Assembly: GCF_008831285.2 (NCBI RefSeq)
Contig: NC_045138.2
Span: 25,110,001-25,174,000, forward strand
Direction: 5' to 3'
From: Nymphaea colorata
Lineage: Eukaryota
Length of the DNA stretch: 64,000 nucleotides
Shown here in pieces: positions 50,246 to 64,000 of this stretch. A program made the position numbers and the translations under genes. The first letter of the stretch is position 1. Each line of letters opens with the position of its first letter. The notes under the pieces were generated by a model. That model was not told where the DNA came from, searched no databases, and was given only the letters and a program-made list of their open reading frames with translations.

Positions 50246-51646
50246 TTACATGTTCTCATCTGCCACTTCTTTTGGAGCTTCAAACTTACTAAAAACTCTA
50301 TAGGCTGAAGCTCCAGATAGGACAATAAAACACAACAATGACATAAAATGGAAAAGCAAAGACACCTTTGCTTTACCACAGAACTCCCCATAGCTATCAC
50401 AGGCAGTGCTCCATGAAACAACTCTGTCACCTTTATAAGCTAAGTACAAGACCTCCATCGCTGCAGATCCTGAAGTGGTCATCAGATATGCTATAATCTG
50501 GAAGCATTGTACCCATACAAAAAATTGATTAAACATCAAAGGAAAAAGAAAAATAAATTGTTACGTCAAACAGAATAATTTAACGACTAATTAGGCAGGT
50601 AACTTTGACTAATCATGTGCCACAGAATGTGCTAAATTTTATGGTTCCAAAAGCACATAAACTTCAGGCATATAATAGCTGAACGGAGACCTACTGTGTG
50701 ATGATGCTCAAAAGGAACAAGATGAGAGGTCTATTGGTGTAATACCAGAAATCCAAAGAACATGCTTGTGGGCAATTATCGGGTACGTGTGAACAACCAA
50801 TTAACAAACATTGCCGCACTGATGAATTAGCAAAAAAACAGTGAGAAATGAAAACCTGGTCCAACGTAAAGAGGACCCAATTTTTCGCTGAACTCCTATG
50901 ACACGACAGTGGCACTGCAACAAGTGTATATCCGATTGCCATGGCATTTATGATGATCATGTACCTGGAGTAAGAAGGTCGAAGTCAGTTGACGTCACAC
51001 AAGAAAAAGTTTTCACAATCACAGCCTTTAGCACATTATTTCCTCCTCGTCCACATCTCTATGAACTACCGATTTGTAAGCATTCATCTGATCGAATTTG
51101 ACAGAAAACTAGACCTAATTGGGGCCACTGCCTTCTATCATGGCAGATTCGTGTGCTTATGAACCCACTACTGGGACATTAATCTCCAATTGATTATCTA
51201 TCCGGCATTTGCTCATATTGGGGAGGTGTTAGCTGTATATGATTATACAGATTGAATCACACTCCCAATACTGTGAGATAGTGGCCGTGGTTTCACACAT
51301 TTAGTCTGTGAAACACAGCCTACATTGCGCCGCTATGACTGCCGCTTAAGCTGTAAGAGAAACAGCTAAAATGGTTGTATAGAATGGTCTGCAGAAATAT
51401 ACGTTTTCTTGAAGGCAAAGATGAAATATACATTTCCTTGAAGGCAAAGACAGTTGCTACTTACTCCAGCCCGGACAAGGTGTCGTATTTTAGCTCGCCA
51501 TAGATGTTAACCTGCTTGTTGCTCACCATTAGCCATAGAGAAGCAGTGCAGAGAGGAAAAACCAGGAGTCTGATGCAAAACTCGATTAGTTTCAGGTTCA
51601 AAAATGACATCAGAATCATGGGGGTATCTTCCATGGTGGTTTTCAT
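50246..51646 (-). CDS. CASPL2D1: CASP-like (DUF588) membrane protein, CASPL2D-like, 3 exons, ~180 aa
   Basis: Exons 51646-51465, 50964-50856, 50497-50246 with GT-AG and consistent phases (2, 0). [42 protein letters not shown] and [10 protein letters not shown] fit the CASPL group 2 pattern. The 2D subgroup call is from recalled similarity. Confidence 0.88.
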
Positions 51647-53423
51647 CTCAGAAGAACCACCAGAGAAACAGAGAAAAGGTATGGTATAAAGGCCGTGCTT
51701 GTGACTTTTTTGGCTTTAAACGATGGCTTGATTTGTGGATCTTAATTTTTAACATAGTGGTGGTTTCACCTTTTTGGCTTTTTGGAAATCCACATTTGCT
51801 TTTGATTGGAATAGGCAAGTGGGTTAGGTGGAAGTGTGTCTTTCGCTGGAAAAAGTGGTGATGAGGAATGGTGGATGTGGGTGGGCTCAGGTCATGTTAC
51901 TCATGTTTGTCTGTGCGATCAGATCCTTCGGGTTGAAGAAACTTGATATGAAGGACAATCATAAATCCTTCACACTTCTTGAAATTTAGGCCACTGTGAG
52001 GTGCTGGAACTGTAGCAGTTTGTTGCTATTTGCTTCTTGTCTTCCTGGTTTCCCTTTTCTGTTGTATGAGTTTGTTCCAATTTGTTCATGTCTTGTTATC
52101 GACAAATCTTTTCATCCCTTTCGCTTAGGCGTTTGAACTTATTCTTTGACAATTTTCAATTGAAGTTGTTGTTTCTTCCATTGAATGAAACAACTGCCTG
52201 CTATGATTGAGAAAGGAAGGCAAATGGTAGAATGGGAGAAGAAGCCTCTCAGAAGACAACATATTTTGCTAAGTGCATGACCATGATCAAAACGATCAAT
52301 TTGCTTCAAATTTTGCAGCTTTCCACAACGGATTTGTAAATCACAATAATGCTAGAAATTCATTAATTCTCCGTATTAATCATAGAATCCCTTATTTCTT
52401 CAACCTTTCGTATGGAGCTAAAACTAAGTCACAGGAGTTCTCATTGAGGGTGACCCACCCGGTAGGGCAATTTAGAGGCACGGGTATAAGGTATCATGTA
52501 CTTCGCGGGCTCGAACTGGCTCAGATTCAAACTTGAGCCATTCTCTTTTAACGCTTTCATTTTTTGTATGAAATAAGGTTGTTTTTCTTGAATGCCTTGG
52601 ATCATCCCCCAAATTATTAACTACAAACTTATTTTGCTTGGAATATATATATATATACACATACTCTCTCTCTTTCTCTCTGTCATACTCTTGTACTCGC
52701 ATTTTGTAACATTTCTGTCCCACACCCTTGTGATTTGAGAGTTAAAATACTAATATTTCCCATAAATATGGGACTAGAGAGAGTAACAGAGCCACAAAAT
52801 CAGTATCATGATGTTCTGGTGAAGTGTCCCAAGAAGCTGAACCCGTTTGAAAGAGGAAATTATTTATTACATCTAATAAAAAGACATTAAAATGTGATTA
52901 AAGAGACGAGGTTTATTTAACTTATGAAACTTGCCTCTAGAAACTTCAAAATTAATATTTTTATTTATATCTAAAAAACCACTATCAAATAAAAAATGCG
53001 CTCACCCACAACCATAAAGTCCCGTGAATAACACCTTTGACGTCCCTTTTCTTGTCCATTGTGTAGGGAAATTATTCGAATCTAATAAAAGTAAGCAGCC
53101 TGCTCCCTGAATTCTCATCCCCAAAAAGAAATGTTTTCTTTCATGCTTTATCGAGGTTCCCTCACGAGATTCAACATTCTACTCTGCACCTTCACGGTTC
53201 TCCATATTAAATTACTGTATATTAACTAATAAAACAAGGAGTTACTTTTGCTTAATGGTTAAACTATAAACATGTAGAATCAGTCAGTCACGGTGTTATT
53301 AAATGCCAACTAGAGTAACATATTATTGCTCGATATGTTTGGTTCATTGAAAGATACCTCGTAGGTCGGTTACATAGCCACGCTTTAACATATTTATAAC
53401 CCTTTTCCTTTTGTTACTGTCAG

Positions 53424-53541
<118 letters not shown>

Positions 53542-54916
53542 TGAAAGGCTAGTTTTTAGCTCAAGTCATGTTCCTGACTGTATTTTGACTTGATCCTCCT
53601 GTTTGACAGTTGTCAACGAAGTGCAATTTGCAGTAGAAGAACAGAGAAAGTATAGAACCTATTTTTCAAATTAGATTCATGCTTTTTGAATTTGGGTCCA
53701 GAGAGCCAGATTAAGAGATATTGTATGCAAAGCTTTAAGCACAGGTGTAAAAAGGGCTTCTACGTCAGGTTTCCAATAATAGAAGGAAGAAATTTCAGTA
53801 GACAGCTATGCGTTCACATGTTAAAGCCAACCGAGGACTTCCACACACATCATTAAACCAGATGAACGTGGGCACCACCCAGCCTGGACTCGAGAGCAGT
53901 TGTCGAAATTAAGATTAAAAGGAAATTGTAAATGAAATATTTTCACACACACTCACACACATAAATGGAGTGAGAGAAATTATTTGGTACATCTAATAAA
54001 AAGACAGGCCCTGAAAAGTGATGGTACCAAGAACAGGATTTTGCGGCGAAGTCTTTTGGTCCAGTGCAGTTTTCTCTTGTAGACAGGGAAAGAGCCTCAT
54101 TCATATAATCAGTCTATGACTATATATACTTATTGACTTTATATACTTATTATAGATTCAACTTTATATACTTACTATAGATCCCATAGAGCCTAGATAT
54201 ATTCATGACACTTAATTTTTTCATGGACATTAAAACTGCAGTATATGCCTTCATCAGAGTTTGGACACCTGTTTGGTTTTATGCCACCAACCGAGTGGCA
54301 ATTGGTCCATGTGCAATTTTATCTTGGAGAAAGAGAGAGATTCCTATATTCATATTGTGAATTTAATATAGATTGAGTGGAATCTAGATATATTCATGAC
54401 TTCTTTCTTTCCCATTGGCATCAAGAACATAAAATCTGATTTCATCCGAATTCGGACCATAACCGTTTGGTTTGGTCAATTTCCATCTCCCTCCTGCATT
54501 TGCAAATGTTGAAGGCATCTTTGCTCAAACACGGAAAGGAAAAGGAAAGGCAAGGAAATTAGAACAGTATACAAGCCAAGAGATCCAAATCGTCTCGCAT
54601 ACAGCAATACATCTCTCCGCAAAACTGCTTCAGGAACAAACTTAATGATTATTGTGCAATCGGTAGCCCCTGTAGAAAGAATTATAAGTTGATATCTATG
54701 GCTGTAAAGAATGGTTACAAGCATCTTTTTTCTCCGGCTGCTCCAAGTTAGGGCTCTTTTCTGCCAAAAGTAGAAAGGACCCCTCATGTCTGCTCTATTT
54801 GATACAGGAGAATTACATACATTGCTTGCAAAAGATGAAAAACTACAGAAAGAGCTTTTCTGCAAGGCTTCTGCACAGTGTGTTACAAGGCCGGCCAGCA
54901 ATCTAGCAGCTCCAAC

Positions 54917-57900
54917 TCAGAAAACTGCACTCCACATTGTACTCTCACCTTCGCCACATCGTTGATGAACGTCCTTCATTCTATCGGCAGAGTTGCATAT
55001 GCCACTGCATCTCCAGTCAAATGACGCAACACAGATATTTCCAGCTTGAGCTTTCCACTCACAATCTGCAACAAAAACCAGCAAAAGTTACTAGTAATTA
55101 ACACGTATATTTCTAGCTTGAGATTTGCGCTCAACAAAGTTGCTTGTAACTTGTGAATAGCTGAACCATCCAATGTCACAATGCAAATGACAGAAGCCAT
55201 GATTTATATAAGACTCAAAGGCAAGTTGGGCACATGCTGAGGTAGTAAAATCCAGCGAGGAAAAGTGCTATTCCAACATCCAAACAGTGTATACCTTAAA
55301 GAGCTTATGAACCAAAAGAATCCAGCTAAAAGGATAGCAAGGCCCTATGGATTGGTTAGTGTGATCATATTCACCAACGACAAAATAGAGTAAACAAAGG
55401 ATGATGACAAACTGTGAGCATATTTTTGTGGAAGAGTTAGGAAGGACAAAAAATATGGCAAAATTGTTGTGACAATTAATTCTCATTTCACATAAGACTA
55501 CTAGAAGAGAGCATGTGAACTCCAGGACCATCAAGGTAGGTTAGTAATAATGTGATGTATGCTCCACATTGAATAAAAAGATCTGCAGCAAAAGAAATAT
55601 TTGAAGTGGTTAAGTTGAACAGGCAGTTCTGACTGCCACTAAAAGAATCCCTTGATTAACTTGCAAAATGATATATGCCAATTCACTTGAAAACCAGCAG
55701 GTGCTATTGCCCATGCTGGACAATCAAGTAAGAATGAAGTCAATTAGTTACAAGAAGGAACTTACCAGGTGGAGTACCACAACACAGCCTGCGATCGTCG
55801 ATGTGTTCTACATCTAATCCTATAAACCAAGAACCCAGCGAAACATCCTCATTTGCATATTTGTGCAGTACATGCCTGAAATTCAGATGTTGCAATTACT
55901 GTGTTAAAAGCATGATACCACAAAAGATGTAGCATACAGTGATTGCTCACTTACTGATTAATTGATATATATGTGGCCAGGTCCTTTGAAATCGCATACA
56001 GTTGACCAGTTGCATGCCTGAAATATTTGTTACCCTCCTCACCAAATTTCCAGTACTCAGGCTCATGGTATCTGACACCTCTGATAATACCAATTTCAAA
56101 TAAGACACTTAAACAAAGCCTTATAGCAGACAACTGCCATCCCATAAACTGAACATAACTTACTTCTGTGCAAGGACAGGGCCAGACTTCATACACCCTA
56201 TATAAACTCGAGGCTTTGATCTGTGAGTAGCCAATGTTGTTCCTAGTGTTGCTGCACCAATATCAAAACACATGGGTCAACATATTGAACACATAAGGCA
56301 TGTGACATAAGAGTATGAAGTAAGTCCTTACCTATGTTCACATGGACATCATCATCAACCTTGATGTAGAAATCTGCATCCCACCTTGCAACAGCAGTAG
56401 CAAAGTATGTCTTTGTCTTTGCAGAGAGTTCAAGATATCCTTCAACATGGTCCTATGCATCAGAAAGGTGCATCAGAATGTCCTCATAAATAGATATGGT
56501 ATCCACTGTACCAAAAGCTCTAAGAAAGAGTAGATGTGATAATTAAAGACAAAAATGTGGATCAAACTATTACAAGGGCCAGAAGATACAAGTACTGATA
56601 TCCTGCAAAAATAGGTAACTGGAAGGGAGAAAAGGCAAAACATTCCAGAACACCAGAATTCTCAAACCGAAGTCACCAAATCTGCATTTTGCAGCAATAT
56701 AATGTGTGTCTGTGTGTGCATGTGTGTGAAAGAGAGAGCAAGAGAGAGAGAGATACCAGCCTGAGGAAATCCCCATGTTTACTGTCTTCAGCCTCAATGG
56801 CTTTATCCAAAATGCCACCAGGTGTAGCACTGCATACAACAAATACATTTCCAGTTGTAAATGTTTTAATTCATGAAACAGATAAAAACCTGCCAAAAAG
56901 TGCATAATTGCGAAGATGTAAATTGTAAAGTAAGCCTGTCGCCAATACAGTTAAAGTATCAAGCTTAAAAGCAACTAACCACCTAACAAATAGACTAATC
57001 TAAACACTTTTGTGAACCTGACAGCTTAAAAGCTATACCAAGAACTTGAAGATGAACATATCCATCATTTTCAAAAATTAACTCGATAATTTTAGACAGG
57101 CTCTAGGCTTGTAGCAGGCTAGCAGCTACTTTCCCAAGACCAAGTAGACCCACATTCATGCTGACATATAACGACAAGGAACAAATACCTCTTACACATT
57201 GTAAAATTCAACTTTAACCACCAAAATGAGGATAATTACAAAATGACAAGGCAACCTATATAAGTTAGTTGTGATAGCATGCTTGATTGTGGAATATCAT
57301 GCAAGAATTTCATGATTAATGGTCCAAATATATGACCACTCTCGGAGAAAAGTACCAATATGAACCACAATAAGATTGAACTGAAAAAGGAAAACAGTTG
57401 CAAAGTCTCGGCTCATAAAGAAATTTACAGAATAAGATAAAGAGCGACAGATAAATAGGTAAACAAATATAAACTATCTCATATCTAAAAGCTTAAGTAT
57501 ATGAATTGATCACCTATGACCAATCACAAAGCGCATGATGATGCCTTTCTCTTCCTCAAGCTTCTTTCTCTTTTCACCTGATTTTACCACATTCAACACA
57601 CCGGTTCCATTGAGTTAGACGACAAGTGACCACTACTGCCCAAAAGAGAATAATTTACTAAGCTACCAACCTTGTGGCATCCAGGTAGCTCTAACTGAAT
57701 CTCTTCGTTTACGGCTACTGAAGGCAGTATTTATTCCAACAACCATTAGATATTGTCTTTTTCCACTTGTCTGTGCAACCTTTGGGTTTTCGGAAATAGG
57801 AGAACCATTGAGTATTGACTCATGTGCTGCCCTTGCAGCTGCCAATTCCATCTCCAAATTTGAAATTGTCTTGTCCAAGGTTCTGCAATAATCACATTTT

Positions 57901-59865
57901 ATGTGAAATTTGAAGTATGCTCACTGTTAAAGACAAAAGAGAGGCCTCAAGTATTCCACATGATGTTCAATTATATGAAAGGACTTGCTTAACTTACTGG
58001 ATAGCATGATGAGTCTTTGAAACTTCCCCAAGGATATCTTTTGGGTCTCCCTTCTCCTGTCTCTGATGAAAGGGTATCAATAGAAGTTGCATATTGTTAA
58101 ATATTGAAAAATGTATTTGAAAAGACTGAAATTGGGAGCAGAAAATTCAATAACATTCTGAACAAACCAACCAACACAGACCATAAGGAGAATTGACAAC
58201 ATGAAAGTAAGAAGGAGCTGCTTACAGCTTGATGGTCACACCCTTCCGAAACCAATTTAAGCTTTTCCTCAACCGTGGTCACCCTAATGTCTTTTGCTTC
58301 AGGTACAGTCCACATCCTATTGCACATTGTGTGAAAAAGAAAATTAGTAAATAAGACTCCTTTCAATGATCTCCTCCTTCTCTTAAATGCTTATCCTTTA
58401 TGAGAATATAAGTATTACTTGCATGATGACTCTGTTTCCGTCCATTAACACAAGGCTCCAACAGAACATTACAATCAGAAAATCATGGATATGAGAATAC
58501 ATGAAAGAAAAAGCAAGATCAAATAAGGTATTTAGCCCCTTCGTTCAGTCAAACTGTGGAGAGAGTTGAAAAACGTCAAGTAAAAACTATGGTTTAAAAA
58601 AAATGGAAGGGCCAAAAGGCGTTTCCCAACATCTGAAAGAAGAAAGAAACAAAAAAAAGGATGAACCTTAATGCAAATTTACAGAAGAATGCCCATATGC
58701 AGCAACATCTCCAGGACATGAAAACATCTCCCATGAGATGGCCGAAAAGAAGAAGCCTTCTAGAATGACAATGAGTTCAAAATCATCATCGGATTTCCAC
58801 CAAGGACATCACATCAAGATACTTGACTATCTCTTCACGTCATCCACATGAATTCTCTTAATATTCCAGTTCGCTAATTGGTTGAGTGGGACATCGCAGT
58901 AAACAAATGCTAAACTAACAGAAATTTAGTCAGTGAAAGTTCTGCTGACGAATTGAGATCTGCAATGCACTTTCACTACGAAAAGATAGATTGGGAAATC
59001 AAACTCTAACTCCAGAGTAAGTAAATGATGAATAATTTAATTTCCAGTTGCCTGACTCGACCAATGCACATCAGTGGATTTGCAACAGATGAAAACGCTC
59101 CGTACGTCCTAATAATTTCTCATTATGTTTAATATCCTACCCAACGATTCACCAAGTTTCTCGTCAAAATGAACAATCATGTGCCACGATTGATTCGCAT
59201 AATGAATTTTTGGCGTTTAATCATCTAAAGAAGTTCGGCAATCACTTGCTACACACCTTTCAATATGCACACAGAACCAAGATGAGCTTTGCGATGGGCT
59301 TAGAAAGAGAGGGAAAAAAAACCAAAGAACTAAAGAGTAGCAAAGTGCCAGATCTAGTCTGCTAAAGGGGCGATAGTCTCATTAAGGATTTGAGGAGTGA
59401 AAAGATCGGACTTATCTTTAATCTATCCAACACTAAAAGACTCTATTTGCACCGAAACTTTAGCAAATGAAGATCAAGCGACTCTCAGAAGATTAGTACG
59501 AAATCTAGGTCAACCACATATCTGTTTCAAGAAAATAAGATCAAAGTTCAAAGACGCCATCTAATATTTCCCACCAGCTAACCGACAAACCTAGAGCTTA
59601 AAAAGAAACATTAGCAAACACAGAACGGAAACCCGAACCATACTGAAGATCAATGAAAGCCGCAACCAAAATTCATGTAAAGAAAATAATGGTGGTATAA
59701 CAAAAGGGAATATTGAAGAAAAAAAAAATGATAAGAAGGGAAGACTTGCCTGTTGGTAAAGAGCAGTCCAGCACAGAAGCTCGCCAGACAGAGGAAGAGA
59801 GTCCATCTTTTCGAGACCACATTCCGGGAGAAGGATGCTTCAGATCCTCTGCTCTTCCAAGACAT
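54917..59865 (-). CDS. GT31 beta-1,3-galactosyltransferase (B3GALT2-like; DUF4094 + Galactosyl_T), 11 exons, 404 aa
   Basis: Exons 59865-59750, 58316-58226, 58062-57998, 57882-57671, 57577-57514, 56829-56757, 56452-56332, 56251-56164, 56080-55955, 55875-55766, 55065-54917 join into a 1215-nt frame. N-terminal TM segment, [65 protein letters not shown]. Intron 1 is GC-AG. Confidence 0.94.
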
Positions 59866-59866
59866 C

Positions 59867-59896
59867 CTATCTCCTTCTTCTTCCCCTAATCCTCAT
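59867..59896 (-). promoter_or_regulatory. Upstream ORF (MRIRGRRRR*) of the GT31 gene
   Basis: ATG AGG ATT AGG GGA AGA AGA AGG AGA TAG, then one base, then the main ATG. Confidence 0.55.
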
Positions 59897-62331
59897 TAAA
59901 CAGCTTGACCCAAACAAATTCTCCTCTCTATTTTTCAAAGGAAGCACCCACTGCAATTGGGATATGGGGAATGAGGATCTGGCGTTCCCCAAGATCCACC
60001 ACTAGCAATAATTCGCGTTTGTGCCAACGGCGGCAAGCAACCGGAAAGTAACGATGATGATAGAGAGAGCTTAGCCTTTCTATTCTTGGATGTCTTTTCC
60101 CCTTTGTTTTCCGGAACAAGAATGGGGAAAATAATTAAGGGGAAAGATTAAAGGTAGATGGGGAATTGGGCAAATGTTCAGGTGTCCCCACCACCAAAGA
60201 AGAGAGTGAAAAAACCAAAAAGGAAGAAAAGGGCACAGAGGCGAATGCTCAAGGAGATGGTCTGCAGATTTTGGGGGTGCAAAACGACGGACTCTTGGTC
60301 GCTCGGCTTCTGATAGAGCTCCACCGCGACGACGACCAAGCGAAGAGAGTACGACAGATGGGCGAGGAAAGCCACCCACCAACTAGGCCTCCAACCTCCT
60401 ATAATGACTCTATCGTCCCCTCTCCGGCGCCGATTCAAATCCTTATATATTAAATCAATCTCTATTTTTGAAACTGGTTCGGCTCTGTAGCTGATGACTT
60501 CCTAAAAGAAGATAAATCAGATTAAGCGTATCTACGGCAATATTTATCTCCTGAGAAGGTACATGGTGAACACCGTCCAAAACATTTTTATCTAATGTGT
60601 ATTCTGGGGAAAATAAATGGCAAAAAGTGCGTCTCTGGTTTGGCCCAAATACAAACATGTCCTATCTACTATTTTTTTTTTTTTTTAATGAGCTGACATG
60701 GGACACAGTAAAATTGGATCCTAAGCAACCCATTTTTAATTCATTCAAATACAGTCGGTTCCACCTACCGTCCACAAGTTTGTAAGTTTTACCATTTGCT
60801 TTACTGTCCCTTTGTTTACCATATTAATTCGCTGCATGTCTCATATTAGATTATCTGTATGTATCATATATCAATAGGTCCTGACCATTTCAAGAACATA
60901 CATATATGTATATATATATTCCCATATGGGCGTCAATTTGAAGGCATTTGGTAACCAAACACAACAATCTTCAAATTCTTTGTAGATCAAAATTGTTCGC
61001 CTCCGTTGTATTCCAGGTGACTTTGACAGTACGTGGATTGGCTGGAAAGCTGAAGGCCTCCTTCTCTGTAGCAGATGAGTATCTTTGTGCAGTAGTTGGA
61101 ATAACTTTCACCTGATCTTCCTTGTGATGCTTACTTCCACCCCATCTTCCTTGTGATGTTTGTTTATTAGGGTTGCTGGTTATAATTGGATGTGAAGATT
61201 ACTGGACACATCTCTTGTTTAAAAATGTGCCACTATAGAATTTAGAACATGCTGACTCGCATTCGCTTCTACGACATGACCCTCATTCAGCTCTTTTCCT
61301 TTTTTGTTTACTAAACAAAATCTTCCTCATGTTCATAGTTTGTATCTACTTCTGGTGGTGCTGGTGAGGATCAAGCCAAAGAAATTAGCTTTCATGAGAA
61401 TCGAACTAGTCTCCTACCTACCATTGATAGGACCAGACATGGAGCATTATATTCTCCTGTTTCACTTACTTTGTCTTTTTTCTCTATTATTTTAGTTTTC
61501 TTCTTTTTAATGACCCCCGCAAGTTTCTCGAATGGTGTGGCTTCTAGTGACTGGCGGACCGCTACATGGTCATGAGAGTGAGCTCATGGCAATTAACATC
61601 GAAACTTTGTCCGAAGCTGGGAAGAAACTGAGTGGTCAGGAGAGTGACAACCTAACAATATTTGAATATTTGAAGGAGAACAAAGAAACCAGTTATAAGA
61701 ATTGAAGAAATGCGATCGCCTTCCGGCCAGCTTAATTTATTGCCAAGACCGCCAACAACTTGGTAAGAAGCATACCTGCTCGTAAAGCAAAGACATGCTT
61801 GTAACAAAATGAACAATATGCCAAATTAATCACTTGTAAGAACCTGTGTTTAACTCTTTAGCTGTAGCTTTAGAGAGAGAGAGAGAGAGAGAGTATCCTA
61901 TTTGACTTGTAAATGAATTAGCATGGGTTACACAAGTTGATTTTTTAAGTGGATGATTGTCTTAGATCTAGTAGAAAGTCTAGATTTATGGAATTAAGAT
62001 TACAGATTTATAGTTTGATGTTGGACTTAGCTGTGGTCAAAATACTAAAAAAGGATCTTATATGTGGATATTATGTGGGACTTGGAGATCTTTAGTTTGA
62101 TAAATAATGGAGTTTGCATAGATTTGTTGACACATCAAATCTAAAGATGTAATATTATTGATTTCAACACACGCTTATGAATTTGGTAGAGGTCAACTGG
62201 AGGCATTAGATGTCTCAAGATTATTATGGAAATAACGAGAATTGTTCGGAGATCTTTGCTGTTTGGCCCGTTCCACATTATTGAATATTTCAAATCGCCG
62301 CTGTTCGTCGATGGATGTTCAAATTTCAAGT

Positions 62332-62359
62332 AGTTAGCACGTGCTAGCACGTGCTAACT
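62332..62359. promoter_or_regulatory. 28-bp perfect palindrome with two G-boxes
   Basis: AGTTAGCACGTGCTAGCACGTGCTAACT equals its own reverse complement and contains two CACGTG 12 bp apart. Confidence 0.5.
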
Positions 62360-64000
62360 CCAAAAAGAAAACAACTGATGCAAACAAAATAAAAACAAAA
62401 AAAATGAAGGGAAATAATTGAGGCGTAAGAAATTTAAAAATGTACATTAAAACAATGGGCCACATTTTTTTTAATAAAATATGGCGTGAATGGCCCTACT
62501 TTACAGTGTGCGCAATGAAGCAGTGGTTCATAATAATTTTATGATATTTAAAAAGTTTACCTGCCTCTTCCGTCGTTTGACATTTTCAAGAAACTTCAAG
62601 GGCGTTCTTGTCCGTGACAAATTATCCCTCGGACTTGTTCCGACCAAACGATTTCTCGAGAAGTAAAATCTTCGCCGCTTTTCTTTTTTCCCGATGTCAT
62701 AATTCTGTAGGATGCTGAAAGTCTAAAGTTATTTTATTAAAAATTCATGAAAAAAAAAAGTTAAGTGCTCTGCTTTTTTTATACGTCAAAACTAGTTTGA
62801 GCTTTGAATTTCAGAGTTTCTTATTTCTGTATTGTGTGACATTCCACATTCATATGTGGAGCCAAAATCACGAGTCGACAAGCATATATCATTTTTGGTA
62901 CACTTTGATAGTTGGAAAAAATGAGATGCAACCCAATAATGTTTGCCAATTTGATTAAATGCAGCTGGAAATAGATGTACTCGTCGATATATTCAATTTA
63001 TCAAATGTTTGTTCAAATTCAGATTTGAATGCCAACGAATAAAAGTATCTAGCAATCCAAATCCAACTAACTTTTAAATTCGTAATTTCAATCTATTCAA
63101 CACACGTTTACTTTTTACTTCCGAATCAAATCCAAACTTATGTTAAGAGCCAATTTGGAAATATATGAACATTAGATATAAGATATTTACTTGAAACTGT
63201 ATCGGTATTTTATCAAAATATTTATTTAAAACTGAATCGGAAGTGAATCAACTGTCATTTCTTAAATGTGATCAAATTTCTTGTTTGGACGTTATTTTTT
63301 TCGTATCCAACATTTTTTAAAGCCGAATCCAATCAATGGACATTAAATCGTACGAACTTCTTTGTTGAATGGGTGATATTTTATGAATGTAATGCATTGC
63401 CTCAATGTTTTACGTCGTTCACATAAAGCATATTGTGCAGGTCTCGTAAATTTATGCGCTCTTTGGAATAACATATGATCTTTATCATTCTGTTTTCCGC
63501 TACAATAAGCAAGTTCAAGGAGGAGAAAAGAAGATGTGATTATTTTCTTGAGACTGGCGTCAGCTATAAAGGCTAGTAACCTACAGGATCTGGATATAGA
63601 TCCACAGCCACATGGTTCAAATCGAGGTCCAGATTGGAGTTCTGATTTCATGTGCCCCAACTCCCAAGGTCTAGATAATTTTTAAAAAATATGGATGTTC
63701 GCATTGTTTTTCTTTAAAGCAATTTTGAGTATGCATAGTTTTGATGTTTGAAATCTTGCTAGAAAGGATTTAAGTTGGGCGTACTCCCTGACAAGGACGG
63801 GAGACTGCAAAAAAATTTATCAATAACTAGTCAGCTATTAATTGTCGTGGTAGCTCTGTTTCTTCTTCAGGACTATTTAAAAGCAAGTGATTCGTGTGAG
63901 CATTTAAATATTGTTCGATAGATCTTTTTCATGTACCCAGCAAATGTGAAGTCCTTTGAAAGTAAAGTAAATTCTTTTACAGCAACTGCTTGAATTTATC

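Noticed and set aside
59928..60438. Three 63-100-aa minus-strand ORFs upstream of the GT31 gene
   Set aside because: They start at non-ATG codons and lie in the presumed 5' UTR; no domain similarity.

Overview
Flowering-plant nuclear DNA with spliceosomal introns, microsatellites and many MITEs; the species cannot be determined from the sequence. Five genes look intact. Three are two-exon BAHD acyltransferases of the agmatine/putrescine/tryptamine N-hydroxycinnamoyltransferase type (1627-3784 +, 12114-14597 +, 36500-38698 -), and a collapsed fourth copy lies at 15412-15804. The other two are a CASP-like gene (50246-51646 -) and an 11-exon GT31 beta-1,3-galactosyltransferase (54917-59865 -). 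A full-length but decayed Ty1/copia LTR retrotransposon (19773-25913 -, 408-bp LTRs, 5-bp TSD) sits in what may be a relic multi-exon gene. Its 5' region is the most unusual part of the window. (1) The first ATG after the predicted transcription start opens a 42-codon Pro-rich exon inside the LTR, whose splice donor is in phase with an acceptor at the start of gag. (2) The predicted 1.17-kb intron contains the primer-binding position, which lacks the usual tRNA-iMet site and instead complements the element's own U3. (3) The intron also holds a 20-21-bp phased GAA(C/T)CGGT array and (4) four back-to-back long hairpins with unrelated stems but the same C-CAAA-G cap. Together these suggest splicing separates a translatable mRNA from a packaged, primed genomic RNA. 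That model is inference and needs RNA-seq and a family alignment. All coordinates and alignments were worked out by eye.
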